Positions 17,446-26,957 of a stretch of 64,000 nt of DNA are shown here, piece after piece. The notes under the pieces were generated by a model. The model saw only the letters and a program-made list of their open reading frames with translations, searched no databases and was not told where the DNA came from. The stretch spans positions 7,751 to 71,750 of the forward strand of contig JACOWB010000007.1 in assembly GCA_016177025.1 (NCBI GenBank), given 5' to 3'. The DNA comes from Candidatus Aenigmatarchaeota archaeon (GTDB taxonomy: Archaea; Aenigmatarchaeota; Aenigmatarchaeia; CG10238-14; SCSR01). The translations under genes and the position numbers were made by a program. Within the stretch, counting starts at the first letter, position 1, and every line of letters begins with the position of its first letter.

Positions 17446-17476
17446 ACTTCTTCTTTCATTGTTTTGAAGGGGTATC

Positions 17477-17605
17477 ATGAAAATATGCCAGTTATGTAAA
17501 TTAGAGTATTCAGACGAGACAGAATTTTGTGCCAAGTGTGGAAATAAACTAGAAACAGAGAAAGAAACTGACACGACACCAAGAGACTATGAAGAGGGAT
17601 ACTAG
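17477..17605 (+). CDS. Zn-ribbon microprotein B1 (42 aa), not in ORF track
   Basis: MKICQLCKLEYSDETEFCAKCGNKLETEKETDTTPRDYEEGY; paralogue of 18342-18479; GGGGT SD. Confidence 0.75.
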   Translation: MKICQLCKLEYSDETEFCAKCGNKLETEKETDTTPRDYEEGY

Positions 17606-18123
17606 ACAGTAACTCTGAAATCTTCTTTCACAGTATCCAATACTATTCTTGTTTCGCTTCGCTGGATTTCAAATTTATTATACAGTTCACTTAGAAACCT
17701 TTGTAATTCGTCTATTCCTCTGAATTTCGCAATGATTATAGCATCCACGTCCCCTGTCGTGTGATAAATGGCATACACATTTGCTAGCTCTGTGATTTCA
17801 CCCATGGCTTTAAGTACGATTAGCTTTGGGGCAACAAGCTCGATTATGGCTGTCAACTCATAACCTAATTTTTCCGAATCTAAATTTACAGAATATCCTT
17901 TTATAATCCCATCCGCCTTCATTTTCTTTAGTCTTTCGATAACAGTTGTTGTTGATAACTTGGCATTGCGTGCTATCTCCCGATAAGACAGTCTTGCATC
18001 CCAGATCAATCGTGTAAGAATTTTCCTATCAGTATCATCGATGGACGAACGTCCAAGAGGCGTTTTTATTCCTTTTAAATCATCCTGTTCATTTGTTCTC
18101 TTTTTTGTTTGTTTAGTTGACAT
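17602..18123 (-). CDS. Lrp/AsnC family transcriptional regulator
   Basis: IDDTDRKIL..L..DARLSYREIA...ERLKKMKADGIIKGY...LGY...TGDVD RAM domain. Confidence 0.93.
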   Translation of the reverse strand: MSTKQTKKRTNEQDDLKGIKTPLGRSSIDDTDRKILTRLIWDARLSYREIARNAKLSTTTVIERLKKMKADGIIKGYSVNLDSEKLGYELTAIIELVAPKLIVLKAMGEITELANVYAIYHTTGDVDAIIIAKFRGIDELQRFLSELYNKFEIQRSETRIVLDTVKEDFRVTV

Positions 18124-18186
18124 ATGTAGTAATTATAGTTAGAAAAGTATTTATTAGTCATATAAAGGTGTTCAACTAGTGGTTGA

Positions 18187-18336
18187 ATGAGAAATCTTCT
18201 ACACAGACCATTGGCAACAGGTCTAAAAGGCGGTGTAGGGACGATCTTGCTATGCCCAGCCTGCAACAATGAAATATCTTTAACAGAGTTGATAGAAAGG
18301 AAGGGATATGTAGGATGCATTAGCTGTACGAGGTGA
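18187..18336 (+). CDS. Zn-finger microprotein A2 (49 aa), not in ORF track
   Basis: MRNLLHRPLATGLKGGVGTILLCPACNNEISLTELIERKGYVGCISCTR. Confidence 0.75.
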   Translation: MRNLLHRPLATGLKGGVGTILLCPACNNEISLTELIERKGYVGCISCTR

Positions 18337-18341
18337 TTGGA

Positions 18342-18479
18342 ATGAACATGTGCCCTGTCTGCGGACTGACATACGATGGAACGCAACAGTTTTGCGTCAA
18401 ATGCGGCGCTAGACTGTATCCAAAAGAAAGACCAAGAATCGTAGAGTGGCTCTCGCCTACAAGCTTTATAGACTATTGA
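18342..18479 (+). CDS. Zn-ribbon microprotein B2 (45 aa), not in ORF track
   Basis: MNMCPVCGLTYDGTQQFCVKCGARLYPKERPRIVEWLSPTSFIDY; GAGGTGA SD. Confidence 0.75.
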   Translation: MNMCPVCGLTYDGTQQFCVKCGARLYPKERPRIVEWLSPTSFIDY

Positions 18480-18488
18480 GGTGAAGTA

Positions 18489-18566
18489 ATGAACGAAAGG
18501 ACGTGGGTCAGACTTGTCAATGCAAAACTCAAGAAACGGAAGAACAGATTGGTCAAAAGTGTGTGA
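18489..18566 (+). CDS. Basic 25-aa micropeptide
   Basis: MNERTWVRLVNAKLKKRKNRLVKSV with a strong GAGGTGA SD. Confidence 0.45.
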   Translation: MNERTWVRLVNAKLKKRKNRLVKSV

Positions 18567-18576
18567 GGAATCTAAG

Positions 18577-19251
18577 TTAACCTTTCCATCTCATTACAAC
18601 AAATAAATGAAACTTTTCGTAGGGATCTAGTTCGACCTTATCAATAATTTCAAAATACTTTTCCAATTCCTGCAAACATTCTTTGTAAACTTGCCTCGGA
18701 TGTTTTGTGACATCGATAGACTGAGATTTTATTACTATGATAGCGAACCCATCAGGTTTCAAAAACTTTTCGCAGTTTCTAATCATTATCTGGACCTGAT
18801 CATCGCTGGCAACATCCTCATATACTACATCAACTTTACTAAGCACGACATTCTCATAATCTTCTGGTTTTCTCGCATTGGCCAGTATAGGAATTACGTT
18901 TCCCCTTTTCTCTGCTGTGGGAATTAACTCTCTGAAAGGCCTGTCGCTAATCTCGACTCCGTAAATCAAACCATTTTTTCCTATAATATCAGAAAAATGT
19001 GATGCTGTAGTTCCATTTGCAATTCCAAGATAAAGCACTTTTATGCCGTCTTCAATAGGAAGCCCCTTCAGACCATTCTTGATGGCTGCGGCGGGTTTGC
19101 TTCTCCAGAAATCCCAAACTCTGTATTCAACGCTTTTCTCTTTAATCAGTTCCTCGCCGTACACTTTCTGGTTGGGAACTAGATTGATAGTGGATATCTT
19201 CCCCTTTATTTTGAATACACCGTAGAATTTTGTCTTTTTCACTTCTGGCAT
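18577..19251 (-). CDS. flpA: Fibrillarin (C/D sRNP 2'-O-methyltransferase)
   Basis: VYGE...YRVWD..RSK...KVLYLGIANGTTASHFSDI...NVIPILANARKP...LDPYEKFH. Confidence 0.96.
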   Translation of the reverse strand: MPEVKKTKFYGVFKIKGKISTINLVPNQKVYGEELIKEKSVEYRVWDFWRSKPAAAIKNGLKGLPIEDGIKVLYLGIANGTTASHFSDIIGKNGLIYGVEISDRPFRELIPTAEKRGNVIPILANARKPEDYENVVLSKVDVVYEDVASDDQVQIMIRNCEKFLKPDGFAIIVIKSQSIDVTKHPRQVYKECLQELEKYFEIIDKVELDPYEKFHLFVVMRWKG

Positions 19252-19255
19252 TGAA

Positions 19256-20236
19256 TCATTTTTTTAAAGAGAGTATTCCTTTGACTTTCGCTTCCAGTTC
19301 CTTTTTCATCTGGTCTCCTCTGTATTCCTTGGAATAATAATCAATCCTTGCGGCTATTGAGAGTTTAGATGCAAGCAAACGCGCTATCTTTCCTTGTTTG
19401 TCTGATGGAGAATTCTGGATTAACGGGTGGTTGTAGATTAACCCGTACTTTGGGGACTTGCTTCTGCCTCTGGATTTCAAAAACCTGAAAAGAGCCTTTT
19501 CTGAACCTAGAAGCTGTATCGTCGATGAAGGCATCCTAGATAATCTCTCCAAACCGCCTGCCTTTGCGATAAGTTTGGCTGCAATAACATCTCCTGCAAG
19601 GACAGAAAAATTGGGAGCTATTTCTTTTAATAGTTTGCTTAGATAATTTGTGAATTCTTTTCGCAATTCATAAAGTTTGGATATATCCGATGAAAATAAT
19701 TTCACCGTTTCGATATCTTCTTTGTTGAACTCCATGCCAGAACTTTTTTCTTTGAACTGATTCAGCCTATTGTCATTAAAGTTTTCCCTATCGCCGAACT
19801 TTCCTATTAACTCGACGTACATTTCATGGTTTTCAATAACCCTGTCCATCTCAGGGAAATGAAGTGAATACCATTCTCGCAATCTCTCTACGAAAATATT
19901 TATTGACCTGTCCAATTCTTCAACGGCATTGTTAACGTGAATGATTAAATTATCACGGCTGGCGGATTCCTTTATTTTCTGTTTGGTTAACTCAGAGTTT
20001 ACCTTAGTTAGAAACTGGTTGAATTCAATTTGATTTTTAACAAATTTGTATTCTATTGCATATTTCAGCAGATTTTCTTTTACGAATTTTTCAATCTCAG
20101 CGGGAGCTTCTGATTTCTCGTTTAGGAGGGGTGCGACTTCTTTAGGATCTTTAGGGAACGGTTTGAATGAGATTATTTTTTTATTTTCGTCTACAAAAAA
20201 TATTCCGATGAAAGTCCTTACTTGATATGATGCCAT
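19256..20236 (-). CDS. nop5: Nop5 (Nop56/58) C/D sRNP subunit
   Basis: ERLREWYSLHFPE, IAPNFS, PSSTIQLLGSEKALF, PKYGLI, GKIARLLA. Confidence 0.96.
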   Translation of the reverse strand: MASYQVRTFIGIFFVDENKKIISFKPFPKDPKEVAPLLNEKSEAPAEIEKFVKENLLKYAIEYKFVKNQIEFNQFLTKVNSELTKQKIKESASRDNLIIHVNNAVEELDRSINIFVERLREWYSLHFPEMDRVIENHEMYVELIGKFGDRENFNDNRLNQFKEKSSGMEFNKEDIETVKLFSSDISKLYELRKEFTNYLSKLLKEIAPNFSVLAGDVIAAKLIAKAGGLERLSRMPSSTIQLLGSEKALFRFLKSRGRSKSPKYGLIYNHPLIQNSPSDKQGKIARLLASKLSIAARIDYYSKEYRGDQMKKELEAKVKGILSLKK

Positions 20237-20271
20237 AGTTCTTAATTTAAGATAGTAACCTTTATTAGATT

Positions 20272-21159
20272 ATGAGGTACGCCTCTAGAGCTATGGTAAA
20301 GAACATTTACAAAAAGAGGAATCCTTGGGTCCATAAGGGACAATTTGGAAAATTGGTCGTTATATCCGGGAGCAATATTCATACCGGTTCACCAATTTTT
20401 GTCGGCATGGCGGCATACCGATCTGGTTGCGATTTGGTATATTTGACTGGTCCAAAGAGGGCAATGGATGTTGCTGCAAACTATTCTCCCGCATTGATGA
20501 CAAAGCCTCTTGAAGGGGATTACTTGGAAGGTAAGCATGTTGAAAAGATCCTATCCTTTGTTAAAAACTCGAGGGCGACAGCAGTTGTCATAGGTCCTGG
20601 TTTATGGAGGTTGGACAAAACGAGAAAGGCCATTAACATGCTTGTAGAAAAAATAGAAGTTCCGATGGTAATAGATGCGGACGCGATAAGAGCAGTTGGT
20701 ACAATAAAGGAGAAATTAAAGAATCGTAAAGTGCTGATAACGCCGCACGCCAATGAACTGCTGGAACTGACTGGAGTGCAAGTTACGGAAAATATCAAAG
20801 ATAGGATCAACAAAGTTAGAGAAGAGGCTTACAAAATAAACTGCGGTAAAGATAATACATGCCCGCTATATCCACCAATAACAATTGCTTTGAAGGGAAA
20901 TATTGACGTTGTATCTAACGGGAAAGAAATTATGCTGAACGACACTGGAGACCCTACTATGACCAAAGGAGGTTGCGGGGATACTCTAACCGGCATTGCG
21001 GGTGCATTGCTTGCGAGGAAAGTTGATGCATTCACTTCCGGATGCGTTGCCACTTATATAAACGGTAAAGCGGGCGAGTTAGCAGCAAAGAAATATGGGG
21101 AGGGGTTGCTCCCAACTGATTTGATTCAGGAAATTCCAAATGTGATTAAAGGTGGCTGA
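20272..21159 (+). CDS. nnrD: ADP-dependent NAD(P)H-hydrate dehydratase (YjeF C-terminal domain)
   Basis: HKGQFG, VIGPGL, VIDADAI, ITPHANE, LKG, GGCGDTLTG. Confidence 0.93.
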   Translation: MRYASRAMVKNIYKKRNPWVHKGQFGKLVVISGSNIHTGSPIFVGMAAYRSGCDLVYLTGPKRAMDVAANYSPALMTKPLEGDYLEGKHVEKILSFVKNSRATAVVIGPGLWRLDKTRKAINMLVEKIEVPMVIDADAIRAVGTIKEKLKNRKVLITPHANELLELTGVQVTENIKDRINKVREEAYKINCGKDNTCPLYPPITIALKGNIDVVSNGKEIMLNDTGDPTMTKGGCGDTLTGIAGALLARKVDAFTSGCVATYINGKAGELAAKKYGEGLLPTDLIQEIPNVIKGG

Positions 21160-21391
21160 GCAATTAATTTCTGTGGGTGTTGTGATTATTCTGATTGGGT
21201 TTGCGATTTTATTGGCGGGTATTTTTTCTCAAATGAAATCTGGTAGGATGAAAATGGAAGGCGGCGGTGTCGTATTCATAGGACCGTTTCCTATCGGTGG
21301 TTTTGCCACAAACAAACAGGTTTTTTATATTCTCTTGACAATTTCTGCGATTCTGATAATAGCTTTTCTTTTGCTAGGCAAAAAGATTTAA
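21152..21391 (+). CDS. DUF131-type small membrane protein
   Basis: GGGVVFIGPFPI motif between TM helices. Confidence 0.8.
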   Translation: MAEQLISVGVVIILIGFAILLAGIFSQMKSGRMKMEGGGVVFIGPFPIGGFATNKQVFYILLTISAILIIAFLLLGKKI

Positions 21392-21416
21392 AAATGAGTA
21401 CAATCAAGTAGAAAAC

Positions 21417-22256
21417 ATGTCCTACATAAGAACAGCATTGTTGCTAGGGGTATTGACCGGCATCCTATTAACTATAGGTTGGGTCTGGCAAGGAATGACT
21501 GGAATGACTATTTTCTTAGTTATAGCTTTTGCGATAAATTTCTTGGCATATTGGTTTTCAGACAAGATAGTCCTGGCTATGTATAGAGCCAAACCACTTC
21601 AAAAATCAGATGAGCCTAAATTACACAAGGCCATTGAATCCTTGTCGAAAGAAATGGGAATACCTAAACCTAAAGTCTACTTTGTAAATCTTCCTGTTCC
21701 AAATGCATTTGCGACGGGGAGAAATTATAAAAACGCGGCTATTGCAGTTACGGCAGGATTGTTGAAAAATTTGAATGATGAGGAAATAGAAGGTGTGATA
21801 TCTCACGAACTCTCCCATGTCAAAAACAGGGATACTCTTATTTCAACTATTGCTGCAACAATCGCTGGAGCTATAGCTTATATAGCTCAGATTGCATGGT
21901 ACAGCCTTTTCCTGGGTAGTGGTAGACGACAAGGCGGTAGTTTGATATTTCTGCCTCTGATTGTTTTAGCACCAATGGCGGCCATGTTAATTCAGTTGGC
22001 CATCACACGCACAAGAGAATTCGCTGCAGATAAAACGGGTGCCATAATTTCTAAGAAACCGCTGGCACTTGCATCGGCATTAGAAAAAATCTCTAAAATC
22101 TCTAAACAGCACCCGATAGCAGGAAACGACGCTACAGCGCATTTGTTCATAGTAAACCCGTTCAAAGGGGATGTTCTAATGAATCTTTTTTCGACACATC
22201 CTCCAGTAGAGGCACGCGTATCAAAGCTTAGAGAAATTGCGAAAGAACTTAAATGA
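21417..22256 (+). CDS. htpX: Membrane zinc protease HtpX (M48)
   Basis: PNAFATG, HELSH, REFAAD, FSTHPP. Confidence 0.96.
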   Translation: MSYIRTALLLGVLTGILLTIGWVWQGMTGMTIFLVIAFAINFLAYWFSDKIVLAMYRAKPLQKSDEPKLHKAIESLSKEMGIPKPKVYFVNLPVPNAFATGRNYKNAAIAVTAGLLKNLNDEEIEGVISHELSHVKNRDTLISTIAATIAGAIAYIAQIAWYSLFLGSGRRQGGSLIFLPLIVLAPMAAMLIQLAITRTREFAADKTGAIISKKPLALASALEKISKISKQHPIAGNDATAHLFIVNPFKGDVLMNLFSTHPPVEARVSKLREIAKELK

Positions 22257-22267
22257 TGCGAATTCAA

Positions 22268-22357
22268 GGGGTCGTCGGCTAGCTTGGTAGGCTTCGAGCT
22301 TCGGGAAATCTGTCGAGAATGCTTGAGACCTGGGTTCAAATCCCAGCGACCCCACCA
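22268..22357 (+). tRNA. tRNA-Pro(CGG) with 14-nt intron at 37/38 (intron 22306-22319), encoded CCA
   Basis: Acceptor GGGGTCG/CGACCCC-A-CCA; anticodon stem CGAGC/GCTTG; loop TT-CGG-G|T; BHB helix TTCG/CGAG; T arm CTGGG-TTCAAAT-CCCAG. Confidence 0.9.
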
Positions 22358-22398
22358 TTTAATCTGTTTAAATATTTTACGGTAATCTAATAGATTAG

Positions 22399-22806
22399 GT
22401 GAATCAAATGCCGAAACCATTTTTTCCTATTGTTGATTGGTTGTATCGTACTGTAATGGACCATGCACCACAGTATTTGCAAGACAGAGATATGTTTAGT
22501 GCTTTTGGTCTCGGTACTATTGGAATGTATAGTGTTGTAAGAGGCCTGCAATCTGTTGCAAAATCAAGAACTATGAATAGAATTGTACCAGATTTTTATG
22601 ATAGATGGTTACCAAAATTAGAAGAGATTTCTGTTGTAGCAATAACAGGCTTACCATTGCTATATGCTTTTGTTGATCCGGATGGTGTAAAAGAAATAAT
22701 GACTCGGCATCCTGTTTACACTTCGGGTATGAGTGGTGTATGGATTGGTAGCACTGCTGCTGCTGGTCAAGATTTATATAATCGAAGACTGCAAGTGAAG
22801 AATTAA
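22399..22806 (+). CDS. Hypothetical, possibly membrane-associated protein
   Basis: 135-aa ORF after tRNA-Pro; true start may be the ATG at 22408 behind AGGTGA. Confidence 0.55.
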   Translation: MNQMPKPFFPIVDWLYRTVMDHAPQYLQDRDMFSAFGLGTIGMYSVVRGLQSVAKSRTMNRIVPDFYDRWLPKLEEISVVAITGLPLLYAFVDPDGVKEIMTRHPVYTSGMSGVWIGSTAAAGQDLYNRRLQVKN

Positions 22807-22875
22807 ACTATTCTACCCAGAACTCTCTTCGAAAATAAAAGTTTAACAAATTGGTACATAACATATTTATAAAAT

Positions 22876-23718
22876 TCACCAAACTCTATCGTTTCCTTTG
22901 AATATCGCTCGATAAAAAGACAAATAAACAACAAACAAAAATGGCCAACCTAAGATTATTGTAATAGGTATACCGAATAACGTTAGATTTGAAAACGGTA
23001 TATTGGTATAGATCCATGCTTTTACTGGTAAATTAAGCAATTCCCAGGTAATACCTGTAACTATGCTTCCGATAATTATTGAGATAATAGGCGTCCAGTG
23101 ACCTTCAATTACATCTTTAATCAAACTTCTCTCTTTTCTTGTATATTCCACGAACTCTGAAATAAACCAAAGACCTAAAATCGCGAATCCGAAGGAGAAA
23201 ACGCTACTTGTGACATTATAAAATAAAGACAAGAAAAAAGGAATAATCAGAAATAAAATTCCTGTGTAACCTATCAAAGAAAACGCAATATGCTCCTTAG
23301 ACTTTCCAACAAGCTCCATACCGAACATACCGAACATTTTTCTTATTATGTAGTGCCATACTCTATATGAGCTGTATACAATCAAAAGAACCAGACCCCA
23401 ATTTATATAGAGCTCTATAACAGACCAGAGGTTTGTAACAGTAGGGTATACCCAGACTTTTGAAATCAGAATAGCATAAAAGTCGAGAACTAATCCTAAC
23501 AGCGCCCCACTAATTATTAGATAAAATAATAAAATTTTATTATTTTTAATTTTGTTGAGAATAGATGTACCTGATAGTGAATAATCTATTGCGTCAAAAA
23601 ATAGCCAATAACCGAGTGCGAATAGGAAGTTCAAATGTGCTGCTGAAGGAGTCAATCTACTGAAAAGGTAAGAAAAGATAATTAAAGTCAATCCAAGTAA
23701 TCCGTACAAAGCAAACAT
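22876..23718 (-). CDS. Polytopic membrane protein with internal duplication
   Basis: About 8 TM segments; two similar halves (VWVYP / AWIYT). Confidence 0.7.
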   Translation of the reverse strand: MFALYGLLGLTLIIFSYLFSRLTPSAAHLNFLFALGYWLFFDAIDYSLSGTSILNKIKNNKILLFYLIISGALLGLVLDFYAILISKVWVYPTVTNLWSVIELYINWGLVLLIVYSSYRVWHYIIRKMFGMFGMELVGKSKEHIAFSLIGYTGILFLIIPFFLSLFYNVTSSVFSFGFAILGLWFISEFVEYTRKERSLIKDVIEGHWTPIISIIIGSIVTGITWELLNLPVKAWIYTNIPFSNLTLFGIPITIILGWPFLFVVYLSFYRAIFKGNDRVW

Positions 23719-23729
23719 ACTAAACGATA

Positions 23730-25925
23730 TTAGCTGTAAAACTTTAAGACATTCTGTTTTTCTTCATTTGATTTTTCCTTCTCTACAGACTGTTTCTTAA
23801 TCTCATTTGCAATTTTTAATCCTATGACTGATGACAATTTTTCAATAGATACTTTCCGCAACTTATCGAGTGTATCTAGCCCTGCATTGAAAAGTCTGCG
23901 TGCCCTTACTCGTCCTATACCTTTCAATCTTACCAGAGGTGTTAGTTCTTCCTTGATGCCGTACTTCAATCTTACTCGCAACTTCCTTATTGCAGTTAAA
24001 ATTTCTTTATATCCGCTTAATAGAGCTAGCTCATGTAAAGAATATATCAGCCAATCTACTAACAAAAGCTTGTTGTGAAGTTCGCCTGGCGCCATTTTGA
24101 ATTTGGTAAGAATCTGGTCTTCTGATGCTTCATCGGTCCATCTTTCGAACATAAGCGCCATTTTTATGGAAGCGTGAAAATCCACAAATTCCAAATCATA
24201 TTCTTCTGGAATCTGATGTAAAATATGTTGATACCTTTGCAGAATTACATCGTCTATTTCAGATTTTTCTGAATCCCTTACTGATAATATTGGTCTCATT
24301 TCCAGAGAATTTGAAATTAGCTGCAGAAAACTGAATTCTGTAACCATTCTTTTTCTGGACATGTCCAAAGAATTCAGAAATTGATGCGCTGTCAAAGGAT
24401 CTATATAAAGTTCTGAAACTCTTTTTCCTATTTTGGTGGCATTTAATCCGTATTTGCTTCTTACAATAAGATTCCATTTCAAAAGTTGCTGTAAAATTTC
24501 GTATAATTTTTCTCTTATGGCATCTATATCACCATAATGGAGTGCATAGAATGTTCTGTCAAAAAATTCGAAGAGTGACTCTTCAGAGTTGCAAAATTCG
24601 CTTGAAATTAAAGCTAAGGTATGCATTCTTAACACAGGCTCTAATGCAAGCTTGGATGTTATATCTTCTGGTTGACCAAAAATAAAACGCTGTATCAGGT
24701 CTTTGGCTTCATCTTCCGATTTTGCAAGTAATATCGATTCGCCATATGCATCATATTGAGGCCTTCCGGCTCTGCCGACGAATTGCTTATATTCTAGGAC
24801 TGGGATGTAGCTGGATCCTATCCCTTGATAATACCGTTTGGCGTCTCTAATCAAGACCCTGAATGCCGGTAGATTAACACCCATTGCCAATGTAGGTGTA
24901 GCAACAATCGCTTTTATCTTGCCTGTTCTGAAACTCTCTTCAATTAGAGATTTTTGTTTTCCTAACAATCCTGCATGATGGAATGCCACGCCGTTCCTTA
25001 TACATCCTGCCAATTTCTTACATTGTTGTGTGGGATATTCAAGCACACCCTCCACTTCTTTGCATAACGAGTCCAGGTTCGTCTGTTCGTCGCCTTTCAG
25101 TTTGAATTTGACTGTTTTGCACAATCTTTCGGCTAGGCTCTCGGCATTTTTTCTAGTAGCCGTAAATATCAAAGCTTGCTTGTTCAACTCTAGAGTATTC
25201 TGAACTATAGCATTTTCTACATCTTCGGAATTGTTCAGCTCATAACCGTCCTTTTCATCGAAGTGTATTTTTGAATTGAAAGAAACCCCTTCGTATAATT
25301 TGACGGGTCTGAAATCGCTTATAACTAGTGACGCATTAATCCATCTTGCCAACTCATCGGCATTACTGATTGTTGCTGACAAACCGAGAATCTGCGACTT
25401 TGGTACAATTTTCATGAGCTTTGTTAGTAGAATTTCTAAAGTTGGTCCGCGGGACGAATCATTTAACATGTGTATTTCGTCAACAACTATTAGACCTATC
25501 CTCTTCACCCATTCTACATTGTGTCTCAATAAACTGTCCAATTTTTCATTTGTCAAACAAATGACATCATAATCGGCCAACCGTGGATCAGAGGAATCCA
25601 AATCTCCAACGCTGATAGCGACTTTAAAGTCTCTCCCAAAGAAATTTTTGAAATAGTTGTATTTTTCTCTCGCCAATGCTACAAGAGGGGCTAGATAAAC
25701 AATTTTATGCATTTTCATCTGCAGCAGAGTGTGCAACATTGCCATGGTCGCAATTAAAGTCTTTCCACTGGCTGTCGGCAAGGAGAGTATTAGATTTCTT
25801 TCTTTGAATAACCCTTTCCTGATCACGTCTTCCTGTGGCTGGTACAGCTCTGAAATTTTTTCTTCCTTCAGCTTGTCTACATACTTTTCCGGTATGCCGA
25901 ACCCGGATAACTCTTCTACCCTCAT
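23730..25925 (-). CDS. hel308: Ski2-like DNA helicase Hel308/Hjm
   Basis: PTASGKT, DEIH, LSAT, FHHAGL, TPTLAMGVNLPA, GRAGRP, C-terminal HhH; PIP-like QNVLKFY. Confidence 0.95.
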   Translation of the reverse strand: MRVEELSGFGIPEKYVDKLKEEKISELYQPQEDVIRKGLFKERNLILSLPTASGKTLIATMAMLHTLLQMKMHKIVYLAPLVALAREKYNYFKNFFGRDFKVAISVGDLDSSDPRLADYDVICLTNEKLDSLLRHNVEWVKRIGLIVVDEIHMLNDSSRGPTLEILLTKLMKIVPKSQILGLSATISNADELARWINASLVISDFRPVKLYEGVSFNSKIHFDEKDGYELNNSEDVENAIVQNTLELNKQALIFTATRKNAESLAERLCKTVKFKLKGDEQTNLDSLCKEVEGVLEYPTQQCKKLAGCIRNGVAFHHAGLLGKQKSLIEESFRTGKIKAIVATPTLAMGVNLPAFRVLIRDAKRYYQGIGSSYIPVLEYKQFVGRAGRPQYDAYGESILLAKSEDEAKDLIQRFIFGQPEDITSKLALEPVLRMHTLALISSEFCNSEESLFEFFDRTFYALHYGDIDAIREKLYEILQQLLKWNLIVRSKYGLNATKIGKRVSELYIDPLTAHQFLNSLDMSRKRMVTEFSFLQLISNSLEMRPILSVRDSEKSEIDDVILQRYQHILHQIPEEYDLEFVDFHASIKMALMFERWTDEASEDQILTKFKMAPGELHNKLLLVDWLIYSLHELALLSGYKEILTAIRKLRVRLKYGIKEELTPLVRLKGIGRVRARRLFNAGLDTLDKLRKVSIEKLSSVIGLKIANEIKKQSVEKEKSNEEKQNVLKFYS

Positions 25926-25973
25926 GAATAGAATGTCTATTTAAAATATTTTTGTTTTATACATTGTGATGGA

Positions 25974-26957
25974 ATGATAGCTTTAGGCATTGAAAGCACC
26001 GCCCATACATTTGGCGTTGCAACCGTGGATGAAAGAGGGAATATTCTATCTAATTCTAGAGATATGTTCAAACCTGAGTTGGGAAAGGGGTTCACGCCCT
26101 ACGAGCTCGCAGAGCACCATTACGGTATATCCGGCGAGATTCTGGATAAATCACTCAAAGAGGCCAACATTACATGGGATAGTATAGATGTTGTCGCTTT
26201 TTCACAGGGGATGGGAATACCGAACTCTTTAAAGGTGGGCGCCGCCTTAGCAAGATACCTCTCCCTAAAGTACAGTAAACCATTGATTGGTGTCAACCAT
26301 GGCATTGCCCATATAGAAATAGGCAAGTTGAAAACCGGTTCTAGTGATCCTGTTATTGTATATCTGTCTGGAGGAAACTCCCAGATTCTTGCATATGTAA
26401 GCGGCAGATATAGGGTATTTGGAGAGACCCAGGATATACCCGTAGGAAATGCTCTGGATGTCCTTGCACGTGAACTGGGGTTGCCTATGCCAGGTGGGCC
26501 TGAAATCGAGAAGATAGCTAAAAACGGTGGCTTCACCGACCTTCCATATGTCGTCAAGGGGATGGACATGTCCTTCACAGGAATAATGACGGCCGCCATA
26601 GAAAAATTCAAGGAAGGTGTTAGAAAGGAGGATATAGCATATTCTATGCAGGAAGTCTGCTTTTCCATGCTAACCGAGGTTACTGAAAGGGCTTTGGCAC
26701 ACACCAATAAAAAAGAAGTTTTGCTTGTAGGAGGAGTTGCTGCTAACAAGAGATTACAGGAAATGATGAAGGTAATGTGCGAGGAAAGAGGTGCGAACTT
26801 TTATGTCGTCCCGCAAGAATATGCGGGCGATAATGGATCGAATATAGCTTGGGCTGGTATTTTGGTTTATAATTCGAATGGAAAGCTTTCTGTAGAAGAC
26901 AGTCGTGTAAAGCAAAATTGGCGCACAGAAGATGTGGAAATAACCTGGCTTAAATAA
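25974..26957 (+). CDS. kae1: tRNA t6A synthase Kae1 (stand-alone)
   Basis: LGIESTAHTFG, VNHGIAHIE, LSGGN, GETQD, GGVAAN, DNG. Confidence 0.96.
   Translation: MIALGIESTAHTFGVATVDERGNILSNSRDMFKPELGKGFTPYELAEHHYGISGEILDKSLKEANITWDSIDVVAFSQGMGIPNSLKVGAALARYLSLKYSKPLIGVNHGIAHIEIGKLKTGSSDPVIVYLSGGNSQILAYVSGRYRVFGETQDIPVGNALDVLARELGLPMPGGPEIEKIAKNGGFTDLPYVVKGMDMSFTGIMTAAIEKFKEGVRKEDIAYSMQEVCFSMLTEVTERALAHTNKKEVLLVGGVAANKRLQEMMKVMCEERGANFYVVPQEYAGDNGSNIAWAGILVYNSNGKLSVEDSRVKQNWRTEDVEITWLK

Noticed and set aside
18489..18566. 25-aa basic peptide as ribosomal protein eL41
   Set aside because: Similar size and charge, but it lacks the KWRKKR.RRL pattern; kept only as an unknown micropeptide.
22268..22357. 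Reading the tRNA as Arg(TCG)
   Set aside because: Stem register CGAGC/GCTTG, BHB geometry and the GGGG acceptor fit Pro(CGG) with a 37/38 intron better.
22358..23718. Integrated element at tRNA-Pro (and similarly beyond tRNA-Leu, 4324-4632)
   Set aside because: No integrase and no duplicated tRNA 3' end were seen; only isolated hypothetical genes.
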